DNA of 64,000 bases from positions 995,884 to 1,059,883 of the forward strand of contig MU054001.1 of the NCBI GenBank assembly GCA_013239625.1, in the 5' to 3' direction. The position numbers and the translations under genes were made by a program. The notes below the pieces were generated by a model. The model searched no databases, was not told the origin of the DNA, and worked only from the letters and a program-made list of their open reading frames with translations. Of the stretch, positions 25,755-39,689 are shown piece by piece; positions within the stretch are counted from its first letter, which is position 1, and each line of letters opens with the position of its first letter. This DNA is from Lama guanicoe. Its lineage: Eukaryota.

Positions 25755-26130
25755 GTGCTTTGTTGGGAAGCAAAGCTAACAGAGCAAGATTGGGTGCACA
25801 CGTTTATTTGGAAGGTGAGCTCAGGAGGCACTATGAGGGGTGGGGAGGTGAGGCGAGGAAGGGACGAGAATCTCTAGAGTGTGTCTTGATGAGCCAATTA
25901 TTAATATGGGCAACTGGGGCTGAAGTTTGACAGGCACCCTCTGAAAGACGATACTACAAGATGCTCCCACTAAGAGTCAAGAACCTGGGCTACTTACCTA
26001 CCAACACCCGTGTCTCACTGGTTGAGACTGTTCCTTGGGGCTTCAACTCTTGGGATTGTCCTCCTCACAGGCCATGAGACACTCAGCCGCTGGAGAGTAG
26101 GGAAACTGACTACAGGTGACCTCCTAGTGT
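25755..26130. mobile_element. ERVL-class LTR (LTR16/LTR33-like)
   Basis: caagattgggtgcacacgtttatttggaaggtgagctcaggaggcac...ggaagggac...tgggcaactggggctg. Confidence 0.55.
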
Positions 26131-27149
26131 CTGCCACTCTCCAGTCAGCTATCTGAGGTAGCCACTATTCCTTGCCCCACTTTGCAGACGGGGAAACTGA
26201 GACTCAGCTAGACTTACAGTCACACAGGGAGAAAACAGTAAGGCTGGGGCTTGAGCCCAGTCACCACTGACTCCAGAACCAGTGCTCTGACCCTCCAAGC
26301 TGCACTGCACATCCCATGTAACCCCCAAACAGTGCCGTGAAACGTGATACAAAATAAGAGTAGATGCTAATGGCAGTCAAGACTAGAAAAAGTAACACTT
26401 GCTGGTTCCTATGGAACAAGTGCCCAGCACACAGCAAATGCTCCACAGGAGTTAACGTCTATGCTTTCAACTCTTCGAACCCCTTTTCTGACTAACATGC
26501 AAACAATCTCCCTTTGGAGGAAAAAGCCGAAGCTCAGAGGACTAAGAGCCCGGCACGCTCTTTCCCAGCAACCAGAACAGATGTACAAGAGATGAAGGCG
26601 CCCCAGATGCTGGTGCAAACCTGTCTACCCAGGACTGGAACCCAGGAGTCCAGATCGAAGGCCAGAAGAAAGTAGCGGGGGCTGCACCCTGGGACCCCCG
26701 GAGCAGACTAGGCTAGGAAGTGAGGCTGGGAGAGAAAAGAAGTTGGGCATAGGCCACTCCAAGGGCAGGAGCCCCACCATGCGGACGTCCCCTGAGTGAC
26801 CCTGGAAGCCTAGTTATGGTGCCACCCTCAAAGAACCTTCCTGAAATGTTCCATTAGCCAAGTTTTCTTCCCCCGGGATGCTTCCCAAATCTGAACTGGC
26901 ACATTTATAATATCTGAAGATGCTCAGTTCAGCAAATGTCACTTTTCTGTGGGGCCACCCCCACCTCCCAAAGAAACCTGGATGTTTCATGGTGCATTCA
27001 GCCTCAATGCTGGAGCTTGGCAGTTGCCTGGCACTGCAGGCATCACCCTTGGCAGCAGACCAGTTCCTCTCCATGATGGGATTGTTCTACTGGCCCAGAG
27101 ACCCAGTATGAACCCTAAGTCACCCTGGGCACTGACTTCAGCAGGTGTA

Positions 27150-27365
27150 GTTGTTACAGACAAGGGGCTACCAGAATCACACAGGTCTGATTTCATATCC
27201 TGCCTCTGTCACGTACCAGCTGGGCAATGCTGAATTGTTCTTTATCCTCTCTGAGTCTCAGTTTCCTCATCTGTTAAAGGGGATACTTCTGGTTACCAAT
27301 CTCAAAGGGATGTTTCTAAGACTAAGAGAGATACTGCATATGAAGAACTTGCTTCCCTAGTCTAG
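27150..27365 (+). mobile_element. MIR SINE
   Basis: ctctctgagtctcagtttcctcatctgttaaagggga...gactaagaga. Confidence 0.75.
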
Positions 27366-28159
27366 CATTTTGACAGAATAGATGTTTAGGAGAAATCTTC
27401 CTGCAACATAATACCCATACACTAAAAAAATGTTGGGTAAAATTATTTTAGAAGATTATTATTTTTTTTTAATGCATGAGTGAGCAGGCAGGACCAGCAG
27501 ATGGAGAACACTCCAAAACAGAGATGACGTGGGCATGAACTTGTGTTTGCGTGTGGAGCAGCTGCTAACACCTGGTGGACTTAAGTCTTTGTTTGAAAGT
27601 GTCTCTGATGTGTGGAGAAGTGAAGACAAGACTTGGGACCTAGCTGTTAAGACTGGGGACCCTGGGAAGGTGAGGTCTACCCCAGTGAGTAAAAAATATC
27701 ACCTCATATCTCAACAAAGCTGTTAACAAAACAACCCCCCACCCCACAGAGGAGAGACCATGGAACTGCTACCAGTCTCCCCCGCAAGCTCTTAGTCATG
27801 AGGCTCGCATGGGTTTGGAGTCCAAATCCACTCACAGCATCCACATACATGGCATGAAAAGCCATAAGCTAACTATTTGGTTTAACGTGTTCCCATGTTG
27901 GCAACTAACCAGGAAACTTGGCAGAAGCGAACGCAGACTTTCTCTAAGTAAAGCCCAGCAAACCAAGCCTCCAAATGCTCCTGCAGACAAAGGGCCCCAA
28001 GAACAGGACCACCAGCCGAATCACAAGGAAACAAACCACCATGAGAATAAGACCCGCGATGTCTGCAGATACATGAATGGACAGAAGCAGAATATAAAAC
28101 CAAGCAGGTTGACTATGTTCTTAGAACGAAACGAAACTTTTCCAAGTAGAGGATACACA

Positions 28160-28470
28160 CAACTATGTTGACAAATCTCAAAAATGTACTATTGAGTGAA
28201 GGAAGTCAGACCCGGAAGGGCACGTGTTGTGTCATTCCATTTAGGGAAAGGTGAACACAGCCAAAACCATCTATCGTGATGGAAATCAAAGAGTGGTTTC
28301 TGTGGAGAAGGTGAGTGGTGGTAGGAAGGGAGCGGGGGAGCTCCTGGTGGTCTGACTCTTCACCGGGGTTGTGGTTATGTACGTACATTCGCTTTGGGAA
28401 AATTCATCATGCTGTAAACCTCTGATTCCTGCACTTCTCTCTATATAAGTTATACTTCAATTTTCAAAAG
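28160..28470 (+). mobile_element. L1M (L1MC/ME-like) 3' fragment
   Basis: tattgagtgaaggaagtcagac...attccattta...gttatacttcaatt. Confidence 0.7.
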
Positions 28471-29260
28471 GAACTGGATGACTTGAATAAATTAGACACC
28501 GCTGAGGGGAAATCAGTGAACCAGACGACAAGTCTGAAGGACTTACTCGACTGCAACACAGTGAGAAATAGAGGTGGAAATTTTGGAAGAGAGGTTTAAA
28601 AATAGGGAAAATAAAGGGGAAAGGTCTAGCAGACATCTACTCTGAGTTCCAGAAAGAGGGGATAAGAAATTAGAGGGGAGGCAATATTCAAAAAAATGGC
28701 TGAGAAGTTTCCAGAATTGATGGACGTCACCGGTCCTCAGGTCTTACTCTGTTCAGGCTGCCATAACAAAATACCAGAGACTAGGTAGCTTATAAACAAA
28801 TAGTTATTTCTTAGAGTCCTGGAGGTTGGGAAGTCCAAGATCAAATTGCTGACAGATTCTAAGTGTCTGCTAAGAGCTCACCTCCTGGTTCGTAGGCGGT
28901 TACCATCTCGCTGTGTCCTCACATGGCAGAAGGGATGACGGAGTCTCTCCGGGGCCTCTCTGGTAGGGGCACTAATCCCATTCATGAGGGCGGAGCCCCC
29001 CAGAGGCCCCACCTTCAAACACCATCACACTGGGTGTTAGATTTCAACATCAGAACTTGCCGGTGACACAGATAGAGTAGAACCCCCTCAGATTCAGGAA
29101 TCTCAAGCAGACTAAATGAGTAAGCATCCATGCCAGGACATATCTTAGCAGAAGAACACCGAGGACAAAAAAGAAGGTCTTAAGATCACCTTGAAATAAA
29201 AGAAATATTACCTCCTAAGGAGCAGCTACCAGAACAGTGACTGACTTCTCAGTGACGACA
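28470..29260 (+). mobile_element. Decayed L1 ORF1-region fragment, interrupted by MLT1A
   Basis: ttagacaccgctgagggggaaatcagtgaac...gagttccagaaagagg...aatggctgagaagtttccagaattgatg...cctcag[MLT1A]cctcagattcaggaa. Confidence 0.65.
28741..29085 (-). mobile_element. MLT1A-like (ERVL-MaLR) solo LTR
   Basis: gtcttactctgttcaggctgccataacaaaatacc...gaagtccaagatc...tgtgtcctcacatggcagaag...cactaatcccattcatgagggc...atttcaacat; cctcag repeated on both sides (28735-28740, 29086-29091). Confidence 0.88.
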
Positions 29261-30059
29261 CAGTCACGACACACCGTGAGCACTCAGCAGGTGGAAGCTA
29301 TCGCTGCCAGTGCTCGGAACAGTAACAAGGGTGCCAGAAACATTCACATCTCAGCTCTGCCACTGGCTTAATTGGGCAACCTGGAGTAAATCATCTTAAC
29401 TGTAAGAGCCTGGGTTTCCTTGTCTTAAAAACAAGGTTTTGGTAAAGATGAAATGAGATGATGTAAGTAAGGTATTTGGCACCATATCTGCCACTTAGTT
29501 AATGAAAAATAAACGCTGGCTACAAAGTCAGCCCCCTGATGGGTCAGAGCAGGAGTGATGAGGGTCAAGTTCATCTCAAATTAACTCCTAGACGCTACGA
29601 CCCTGGAATCTCACTTGAAAGCTCAGGTCAGCTCTCTACGAATAGAAAATATTTCTCTCGAAAATACCAGCCCAGGACAGACGTACACAGAAGTTCCAAG
29701 AATGAAAATTCAGTGGAAACCCATTCCACAATCTGGTCCCAAGCCGCCACCATTTCTGCGGACAACACTCCCTACACCCAGTATACCCATTAGATGAAGA
29801 AACATGAGTTTAATCATCTTCCTTCCCATTACGTTCTGCATGTCACTTATCAGAGTGACACAGTGGGATCACAGTGGGACCTCGCAGAGACTTCAGGAAG
29901 TTAAGCAGAGCAGGTTAAGAAGTGGAGACTCAGAAAGATGAATGGCTTGCCCTGGCCTATGGCGCACGTAAATGGCGGGTAGAGCTTGAACACAGGCCTT
30001 CTGGCTCGCCCTGCTGTCTCCCATCTAGGCCTTAGCCATGGACTCCAAAGCTCATCCCC

Positions 30060-30325
30060 CAGATCTTGGAATAAATGCCTCTCTTTCATCTTTCAGGTCT
30101 CAATTTAAACGTCCCTTCCTCAGAGAAGTCTTCACTAACCACTACCTCTCATCCTCCACCACTGCATCCTTTCACTTCCAAGAGAGTACTCTCCATCATT
30201 CCTAGTTACATGCTGTTTGTGGCCTATTTGTTTAATGCCTTTATTCACCGGAGCATCACCCAATGCTGCCAGAGTGCATGGCATGTGGTATCCATTCAAT
30301 ACATGTTTGGGGAGTGAATAAATGT
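30060..30325 (+). mobile_element. L2 3' fragment
   Basis: caggtctcaatttaaacgtcccttcctcagagaagtcttc...ggcatgtggtatccattcaatacatgtttgg...tgaataaatg. Confidence 0.65.
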
Positions 30326-33300
30326 AAGTTGCATGAACTCATTCAGCTAAGTGAACCCATTTATGGTGTTATCTCTAATTATGTAAACAGCTGTAACATC
30401 ACGTAATGGGGGTCAAAAACTATATCCAATATTTCTTCTTACAACCCTTCCCCAGCCCACACTGAGCAATGCTCACAAGACAAAAAGCACTGAATGAATA
30501 AAGGGAATGGTTCCTATGTGGGACCGTAAGCCTCTCTGGCCTGCTGCCCCTTCTCATCTAAGCCTCTCCTGGAACAGAAGAGCCAAGATCAGTAGGAATT
30601 AGAATAAATCCATCCGTGGAAGCCATCTCTCACCTCCAAGTAATCATTTTAATTAAAGGAATAAAATGAATGTGAGTGCGTCCCATCTGATGATCCCCAT
30701 TTATAAAGCATCCTCCTGCTCATCCACCTTTATTTTCTAGCTCGAGGACTTTGCTGAGTCCCATTCCATCTCTGGATGGTATAGGAGAGGGGATGGAATG
30801 GAGGAGAAAGAGGAAGGAGGTGGAAACACATTGAAACAAAAAAAGACGGGGGAGGAGAGAATGAAACAGTGTAAGGTTGGCCACACATTTGTCATTAAGT
30901 CACAGCCGAATCCCAGTGTTTGTGTGAGGTGGAATTACCTCATTCTTTTAGCCTGTGAGTCTCTGCGACCCACCAGTCAAGTATGTGATTGGATTTCAGC
31001 TCAACAAAACCTTAAATTACACACCTATTGTGCCTGAGCTAAGCCTAGTTTCGCACAGTGGAGAAGGCTTCTCCCGGCCCCCTTGGCAGTGTTCGATCCA
31101 GCGCTGATCTCCTCCGCTGGCTGATGAATGCGTAATAGGATTAGAGTCTCATCTCAAGCAACATGGTAATTGTCATGTTGGGTGCAGGGACAAAGGCTGG
31201 GGTGATGGGTAGGGGCTGCACAGTGGAGATGGGCCTGTCCCCCCAAATACGCCCGCTGACATAGAGGGATAGGCCAAGGGCCTCAGGGAGGGCAAGGCCA
31301 AGTCCTGGGGAGAGGCCAAATGACATTTACTGAGGATCTCCCAAGGTCAGGGACTGTCCTGGGCACCTGCACAGAGGTATCTATCTCATCGAATGCTCAC
31401 AATTGCTCTCTGAAGTGTGGGAGGGAAAATCTTTTGGGTTTTTCCTGCATCTATTCCCCACTTCTGGATACAGGACCCCCCTTTCCATGGGGAACCAAAC
31501 CATCCCCACTTTCAGAGGAAAACTCTCGTGGGACCATCTCCACCTCCAGATCCCAGGGAGGTCACGTGACCACGCCAGGCTAATCAGAGACACCAGTGTT
31601 CACTGCAGAACTGTTGTCAGTATCCACCTACCCAAGGTCACACAGCTGATCAGTGGCAGAGCTGGGATTTGGGCCCAAGCCTATTCATTCTAAGCCGTGC
31701 GTGCTTCACAGTATACTGGCCGTTCCCACCAGCCGGCCTGGGCCTGCTCTGTGGAAGGGCTCAAAGCCTCTGACACCACAAGGGAAGAAACACGAGCAAC
31801 CTGGGCGAGCCAGGGCACATTTCCGGGTGGAGAAGGTCAAGATACGTTTTCCCTTTCTGCCAAAACCTCCTTCTGGCCATTACTCACCTTCTTTCCCACC
31901 CTAAGCCCAGAGCGGACAGAGGTTTGGAACAATGGAAATAACGAGGGCTTTGGAGACAGACCCACGTTCAAATTCTGACTCATCCGTTTATTCTGGCTGT
32001 GTGGCTTTAGACAAATAACTTATCCTTCCTGAGTGTCAATTCTCTCAGCCATAATGTGGAAATAAGTATACCTTGGGATGATTATGAAGATTAAGCAGAT
32101 AAAATAGATGTGTCTATTATGCTTTTTGGCTTCAAGGAATAGAAAAAATCTCACTTACTGTGACTTAAACAGAGAAGCATGTATTTTTCTTGACTAACAA
32201 GACAACAGGAGTAGACACTTCCAGGTTAGCTCAGTGGCTCTGTGATCCACCTGGCTTTCTTTCACCATATTATAGTTACGAGGTAGCTGCAGTGGTCCTA
32301 AGTGCTGAACCCTCAGGACAGAGGACTTCTGTTCCCATATCTCTCTCCTTTTACAATAGAGAATCCAGCACACTTGTCCTTACATCTCACTGGCCAGAAC
32401 TGGATCGCATGATCACCCCTAGCTGCAAAGGATGCTGGGAAGATGAGATTTTGAGAAAAGGGAATGAGGTGCCTAGCTCACTTTATCCTCTGGTCCTCTA
32501 TTAACAGGAATAAGGAGGAAGGAAGGACTGTCTCCTCCAGGGAGAAAATCAACAACAGTTGCCAGATTCTATGAAGCCCCCTGGGCAGAATCTGACACAT
32601 ATAAAATACCCCTATAACTAGAAGTGCTATTATTATTATTATTACACTAAATGTTCTGCCAATCACACAGAAAGTGCCTTTGGAGCATCCTTGCCCTCGT
32701 CAGCGCCAAGCTTCAGGAAGCACAACACGCGCAGGCTCGGCTTCCCCTCCCGCACCCACACAGCCGGACCAGGAGGAGGCGGCTTGCTCATGACAGGAGG
32801 AGGTGCCTTGTCCCTCACCATGGAAAGCAAGGGTCATGGCGGTCTCTGCCTCTGAAGAAGACAATAGAGAGGCTGTCTGGAGCTGAACGTTCCCGTGGAA
32901 GACAGATTTGGGAAGTCACGTGCAACAGGCGAACTGTTCAGTGGTTACTGAAGCCTCTCTGGAACTGTTGTCCAAGGGGTTGCTTTGAGCTGCAATTCAC
33001 AGCCCGCTGCTTCTGCAGCCCAAGCCCTGGCCCCTTCCCACCCACCCCTCACCAGCCTCTCCGCCTTGTTTACAAGAAAGATGATAGCTGTATCTCCCCC
33101 CACCCAAGAAAGAGACTGAGGACGAGACACCAAGGGGAGCAGCTCACTCTGGGAATATACAATATAGTGACCCATCTCCTAGTCCCTCCATGCTCACCAG
33201 GTCCCCAGTGACTGAGACGTTCATTCATTAATTCAGTCAATCTTACATTCGACAGATAGTTTTGAGTGCCTACTATTTACCAGCTTCATTCTAAGCGCTG

Positions 33301-33469
33301 GGGCTCCAAGCCAGCAGTAAGCCACACATGCCACTTGCCTCACCTTTGCACAGAACGTGCCTCCACACCCCCTGGGGATGTTCTAAGGATGCTTCCAGCA
33401 TCCCAGTTTCTCCCACTCAATTCGTACGTCATCCTAATCACAGGCATCACCTCCACGTCACATCCTCCT

Positions 33470-34150
33470 GGATAACCACAATCAAAAAGATGGACCATAA
33501 CATGTGTCGGTGAGGGCGTGGAGAAACTGGAACACTCACACATGGCCGGCAGGAACGTAAAATGATGCAGTCGCTTTGGAAACTGTCTGGAAATCACTCA
33601 AAAGGTGAAGCATAGAGTTATCCTATGATCCAGAAATTTCACTCTGAAGGGAATTCGCTCAAGAGAATTAAAAACAGATGTCACAAAGAAACCTTTACAC
33701 AAATGCTCTTAGCAACATTATTCATAAGGACCAAGAAGTGGAAACAATTGAAATGTCCACAGACATTTCTTCAGCCATAGGAAGGCACGAAGTGCTGATG
33801 CACGTTACAACATGGGTGACCCTTGAAAACACTGTGAAAAGGGAAAGGAGCCAGACTCAGCAGGCCACATATTGTAGGATTCCACTTCTATGAAATGCCA
33901 AGAATAAACAAATCCACCGAGACAGAAAGTAGATTTGTGGTCGTCAGAGGCTGGGACCAGGAGGGAATGGAAAGTGACTGCTAAGGGGCGTGACATTTCT
34001 TTTGAGGGGATGATGAGAAGTCTCTGGGGGATCATAGGATTAGACAGTAGTGATAGTTGTACAAACTTGTAAAAAAAAAACACTGAGGCATATATTTTAA
34101 GAGGGTGAATTTTATGATGATATGTGAGTTATATTTTTTTTTAAAAAAAA
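33470..34150 (+). mobile_element. L1MB/MC-like LINE 3' fragment
   Basis: gtggagaaactggaacactc...acgtaaaatgatgcagtcgctttggaa...atgggtgacccttgaaaac...gattccacttctatgaaatg...gacagaaagtagatt...gggtgaattttatg. Confidence 0.85.
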
Positions 34151-36069
34151 CCAAACCCAAAATCATTCCCCAGCCCCGACTGCCATAAGAAAATGAACAT
34201 GTAGCCAGAGAAGCCGCGGCCGCCCCATTTGCTTCCTGTCCTCGTTGGCATCAGTCCTCCTGGAGAGGTCTGGTGCTTCGCTCAAGAGCCCTCGGCCTCC
34301 TGAGACCCTGCTGCCAAGGGCTTGCTGTTGGCGACCGAAGCCTTTCCCTCCGCCCTCTTCTGCCCTGAGTTCACTGCCTGAGAAGGCAGCCATGGTGGAC
34401 ACCGGGCACGTCCTTGGGAAGGACACTGGGGTGGCGGCCTCAGCGGTGTCTTGTCACCAACCAGCCTGGCCTGACCGTGTGATCCCGAGAAGGAGAAGAG
34501 GAGCACTCAACAGTACCCAGTGCCACCGGAGGTGACTTTTGTCACAGCCCCTGCCCCCGTCAGAGCCAGTGCACCTGCATGGAAGAGTCAGCAGGGATTC
34601 AACATCAGGTTTTTTTTTTCCCCCTTAAAAAATTAGTCACACTGTAGTTAAAGTCACCGGATGGAATTTTCTTCCACGCACAAGAAGCTGGGGTAGAAAT
34701 GTCAGGGGATCTTCAGCCTGGCCAACTCTTTACAAAGCCAGTTAACAAGAACCAGCCTCCTTAGAAGTCGCTAATGCCTTTAAGTAGAATTTCCCCCCTC
34801 CTTTCCATGAGAAGTAGTATCTTCACAGGAGCTAGAAAACAAAGCTCAGTTCCCACATTCCCAAAGTTAAGGGCTCTGTGCTTCCCAACAGAACACCTGC
34901 TCCTTTCCCTCTCAAAGACTCCAGTGCCCTTCACCACTCAACCTTCAGGCTTATGTGAAGATCTTCCTGCCCTATGGAAGGACATGAAAACCTGGTGTCA
35001 TGGCAAGGGTTGGATCGGGAGGATAACTCCAATGACTGCCCACTTGCCTTGGGTACAACAGAATCACAGTCTAACAGGGTTGAGGCTCAATGCAGGTGGC
35101 TGCCCTACTGGCAAGGGGTGTTTCTGAATCTCAAAAATGATGGTGTCAAGATGAAAAAACAGGGGCCTACGGGTGCCCCAAACTCAAGGCTGCTGTTTCC
35201 AAATGGGGATCAGCCAAATGGGAGGAAGGATGCACACAGGCATGAAGGCCTCCAGCCCCAGGACAGAAGGAGGAGTTGCCCTTGACCCTGAAGTTCTCTC
35301 TGGGTCACCACGGAGCACCCACCAGAGAAATGTTTAACCTGGTCAGCACCTGTTGGCATCTCTGGCACCCAGGGGACAGGGTTGGGTGGGAAAGTGGGGT
35401 AGCCCAGAGTCCTCACTGAGTCCATTAGTTCCTGTGACACTGCGACCTTGGAACTGCATCTCTGAGCATCCAGGGGCCTCTAGTATGAGACAGGCACTTT
35501 TTACGCCAGATTTACTCTCCTTCTGGGGCAGATGTGAAGATCAAGAAAGGTCACAAATAAGACCCACGTTAATGTTCCAGAATGCCATGAAAATCTAAAG
35601 GAGGAATATATAGCAAGGAGGAAAAACCTATTTGTCCAAAAGAGTTTTTCGTCCAAAAGAGTTTTTCAAAGATGTCAGAAAACCCTTGTTGCTCACTCAG
35701 TCCCTCCTGAGAGTCTGTCTGCTCCTTGGATTTACTGTGTGCTCTGGACGTTCCAGAACAAGCTTCCAGAGGAGACAGTCTATTCATATCCAGACATCGA
35801 GTTATCATGATTTTATGACTCATTCTTCCTTCCAACATTTATTAAACATCTACCCGACGCCAGGCCCTCGGCCAGACTCTGGGCTACGGCACAGCACACA
35901 CAATCCCTGACCCCTTCCAGTAGGACAAATAGACATAAAAAAGGAACATGACAGCCGTGGAGGCTCTGGAATGACATTCAGGGTTCACTGAGGATGCAGC
36001 TGTGTGCAGGGTGACATGAGTGAGGAGAAACTTCAGAGAAGCATGAACCTGTTGCTGTCAAAAGACTAA

Positions 36070-36290
36070 ATGTTAGGGTCATACAAGCCCAGGTTTCTAT
36101 AGCAACTTCTATGATAGGGTGACCTGGGACAAAAGACTTCACCTCCCCTAGCCTGGGCTTACCCACCCACCTGCAATAGAAGAGAACAGTACCTACCTCA
36201 CAAGGCTCTTGGAAGAATTAAATAAGCGATGTGTGCAAAGTGATTAAGATGGCTCCTGGCACATAGTCAGTGCTCAAGAAATGGAATGAT
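36070..36290 (+). mobile_element. MIR SINE
   Basis: gtgacctgggac...cagtacctacctcacaagg...gaattaaataag...cctggcacatagtcagtgctcaagaaatg. Confidence 0.75.
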
Positions 36291-37919
36291 GCTAAGCTGA
36301 CTCTTGAAAAATGACCAAATGTTCCCCAGGGGGTTGGAGAAGTGGAAGGATGGACGGGTAGGGGAAATGTGTATGTTCAAGAAAGACCCAGAAGCCTAGT
36401 GCCCTTGGAGAATTGTGAATTGGTGATGGGGCCCTCCTTCCCGGACCCCACCTCACCACCCCCCACCAGACTTCTGTGTGTTCAGTCCTCACCCACTGAA
36501 GCCCACCATAATGACTTCCGCCTAAGAAAGCCCCCTCCAGGCCCTCAAGTTTGTTGCCCCACTTGAATGGAAGCTCCTTGTGGGCAGGGTCTGTCTCTTT
36601 GACCCCATTTGCCCTGCCCACCCAGAAAACTGGGCCATACAGCTCATCCAACCACCGGATTTAAGTCCAGGCTGGTTCCGTCCCAGCTCAATTGGTGCGT
36701 GTAACCCTTAAGTCCCTACCCCACAGCCTCTCCAGGCCGCTCAGGGAGCAGGTGGCTTGGAAGCCACGTCATGTGGTTGAGCAAGCGATGTCCAAAGAAT
36801 GTGACCAGATCGGTAAGGGGAGCCTGGGCGGACAGCAGGAGGCAGGGCGTCCCTCGCGCACAGAGAGTATCCCCCTTCCTCACAATTCTTCATGGAATGA
36901 GAGACTGTTTAGCCGGTGAATAACTTCCCTAAAGAAATTCTTCTGTGGTATTTCACCATCCCCAGCTGGTGTTTCTTGGCAGCTGAAGCAAGATAATAAC
37001 CGTGTCAAAATGGCACCCACCACCTTGCAGGAACAGGGCACGACTTGTTACCTGCGCATGCCCACGCAGCCTCCGCTGCCCTATCTCCTCCCCAGGCAGC
37101 TGGGGGGTGGGGGGGTGAGGGGTGGGGCAGCTCACTTCCAGGGCAATTTCTTTAGCTTTACATCAGACAGAAAGCCGGTGGCATGAGCCAGCCCCAAGGT
37201 AGATGGCCACCAGCTGCCTACCAGCTCTCCCAAACACCACACCCCATCTCCTCTTCCAGGAACCCCTCCCATGCTCAGTTTTACCCCGATGTACTTGGAC
37301 ACATTTGAAAAAAGAATCTGCTTAATAAATTACCACCCCTACATGACCTGACAATCGCCACAGATAATCCAGGGCTATTAGAAGGCTTGTTTACAACTCA
37401 TCTAATTTCAGGTTGTGCAAATCCCAGCAAGTTAGGAAAGGTGTCAGCCTTCCTTCGGTTAATGGTACAACTTGTATTCACAAATTATATGTCATTGATC
37501 CAAAGATGTTACAGGCATTTAAAAAAACAAAAGCCATGCCTTCTCCCTTCCAGCCTCTCCCTCTGGGAATTTATCCGTAAGAAAACTATAGGGAACCGTG
37601 CGGGGGCGGGGGGGGGGAGTTAGTCCAGGTCTGTTCTTTGCAGTGTTATTTATGAAAACAAACCTTTAGAAACAACCTACATGCACGGCAGTAGGGGATT
37701 AGCTAAACAAACCTTGGAACGTGCATACCATGAGATGCTAAGCAGCCGCTTAAAACACGGATGCAGAAGACAGTACGGTGACCTGGGGAAGATACTAATT
37801 ATCTATTGTTAAATGAGGAAGCAAAAGTAGGTTACAGAGCAATAGCTACAGTTAATTCCATTAAAATATTTTATAGAAATATATTTACTCTCAGATGGGT
37901 GTGCTCAGCAGGCAGACAG

Positions 37920-38125
37920 ACAGGTTTGGGGTTTGTATCTTACAAGCGCTGTGACCTGGGGCAAGTTCTATAAACTTTCGATGCCTCAGCTTCTTTGACT
38001 GTAAAATGCAGAAAATGCCTCCTTCATACAGCTGTTGTGACGATCAGATAAAATTATCTATGTAAAGTGTTCGGCTCCATATCTGATACAAAATAAATGT
38101 CCAGTAAGTGGTGACTCTTGCTATC
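37920..38125 (+). mobile_element. MIR SINE
   Basis: gctgtgacctggggcaagtt...gcctcagcttc...ctgtaaaatg...gttgtgacgatc...tatgtaaagtg. Confidence 0.75.
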
Positions 38126-39689
38126 ATTTTTTACGTAAAAATGGTTAACTCTGGGTGGTAGAATTATAGGCACTTTTTTAAAATGTGTGGTTGTTTTTGC
38201 TCGTCCATCTCCCAAAAGGTATGGCTCTCGTAATGACCAAAGAATATTTTAAAATTGATAAAGTTGTTGCTTTTCAAGAGGCAAACTGGAACTAATGAAA
38301 GGCGAGGTATGTTTGTGACCTCAGCAGGTGGGGCTGAGAACCTCATCCGATAGCTCCCTCCGCCCAGGAGAGGAGAGCAAAGAGCAGCTGGGGCTCTCGT
38401 GGATGCACGTCCAAATCAGGGGCGGGGAGGACGCTGGGGAGGGATGGCCCCACAGGTTTGGAAACAAGGTGTACGTGCCTGGTGCCGCCCCATCCCTGTC
38501 TCCTCACTCATCTCACCTCCTCCGGTAGTTTAGGGGGCAGAAGAGCTTGCGCCCTTCGTGGAGTGAGAAGAGGGATGGAGCAGGTTATTAATAAAGCAGA
38601 GGAAGGAGGAGTTGAGTTGGGGTGGGGGACTGGGGTCGGTCCCAATGAAAGGGGACCATGGGTGGCTCAGAGCTACTAGAGGTCAGCATGTTTCCAAAAA
38701 CCCAGATTTGATGGCCTTTGCCTTGTCCAAGGAGCCCAGAAGGTCAGAGGCACAGTCTCAAGGCTCTGCAGGTCTGGGCCACTTGCTATAGGGCCCAAAT
38801 GGTCCTTGTCTGGGCCACCCTTTCCTGAGCCACTTCGCTCAGAGTCCAAGCAAGTATCCCGGGCACTTTGGAGCCTCTTTAATTAGACTTGGTCTTCCAG
38901 GTCATGAAGGGTGTGGCAGCAGTGGCTGGGGGCAGGGGAAGGGCTGGGGACCATTAAATCCAAAGCCAGTCTCCACCCAGAGCAGGGTGGTGTCCAGTGA
39001 CAGGGCCCGAGGTTCCTCCTTCTCACAGACAGTTAGCAGCCCAGGGACAAAAAGCTAGGGTCAGACCCAGTCCTGTGCTGGAGGTGGGGGCTGGGCTTGG
39101 TTCTGGGGCGGAGAAACCCAGAGCGCAGGGAAAGGGTGGAGCTGCCTGCCTGGGGCTGTGGATGACGGCTGAGGCCGGAGAGGACGCTGAGAGGAGGCAG
39201 GCCCCGTTCCGACGACCCCAGCCTGGCCCTTCAGTCCCCGAGGTGGGAACTCAAGACCGCCTGACAGGAGACCCAGGAGCGTCCCATCCGAAACCCTGGC
39301 AGCTCCACCTGGCCCTCCACCCCACCTGCCATCTTAGGGACCGCAACGTAATGCAGGACCTGAAGGAGACGATTCCACTTTCCTCATGGAGATGCCTGCA
39401 GAGTCTGCTCTTCCCCCTACTGAGGAAGAGGGGGAGGCAAGCTCGGGTGGGAGTGCCCCCTGGCCTCAGAGTCCCCAGCTCCGGGTGGTGGGGGGAGGAG
39501 TGGAGGAGGGGGGAGGCGCACCTGCCTTCTAGAATCTCTGCCGGGAGCACACGTCAGCCACCCTCAAGAACAGGCAGCACTGGTTATGACTGATCAGCAT
39601 TACAAAGCCATTTCTCAGGAATGTGGACCACTCCGGCTCCCCAGACCATCTCCCTCTATGCCACTGCTTCAAAATGAATCATACGATAT

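Noticed and set aside
25307..25930. Longest ORF (207 aa)
   Set aside because: No recognisable domain, runs into an LTR-like repeat, and has no supporting exon structure. Consistent with chance in GC-rich DNA.
32651..33211. 186-aa ORF
   Set aside because: No domain or coding-like features recognised.
38997..39593. 198-aa ORF in a GC-rich stretch
   Set aside because: Rich in G/P/R/A as expected for a non-coding GC-rich frame, starts at GTG, and I recognise no homology.
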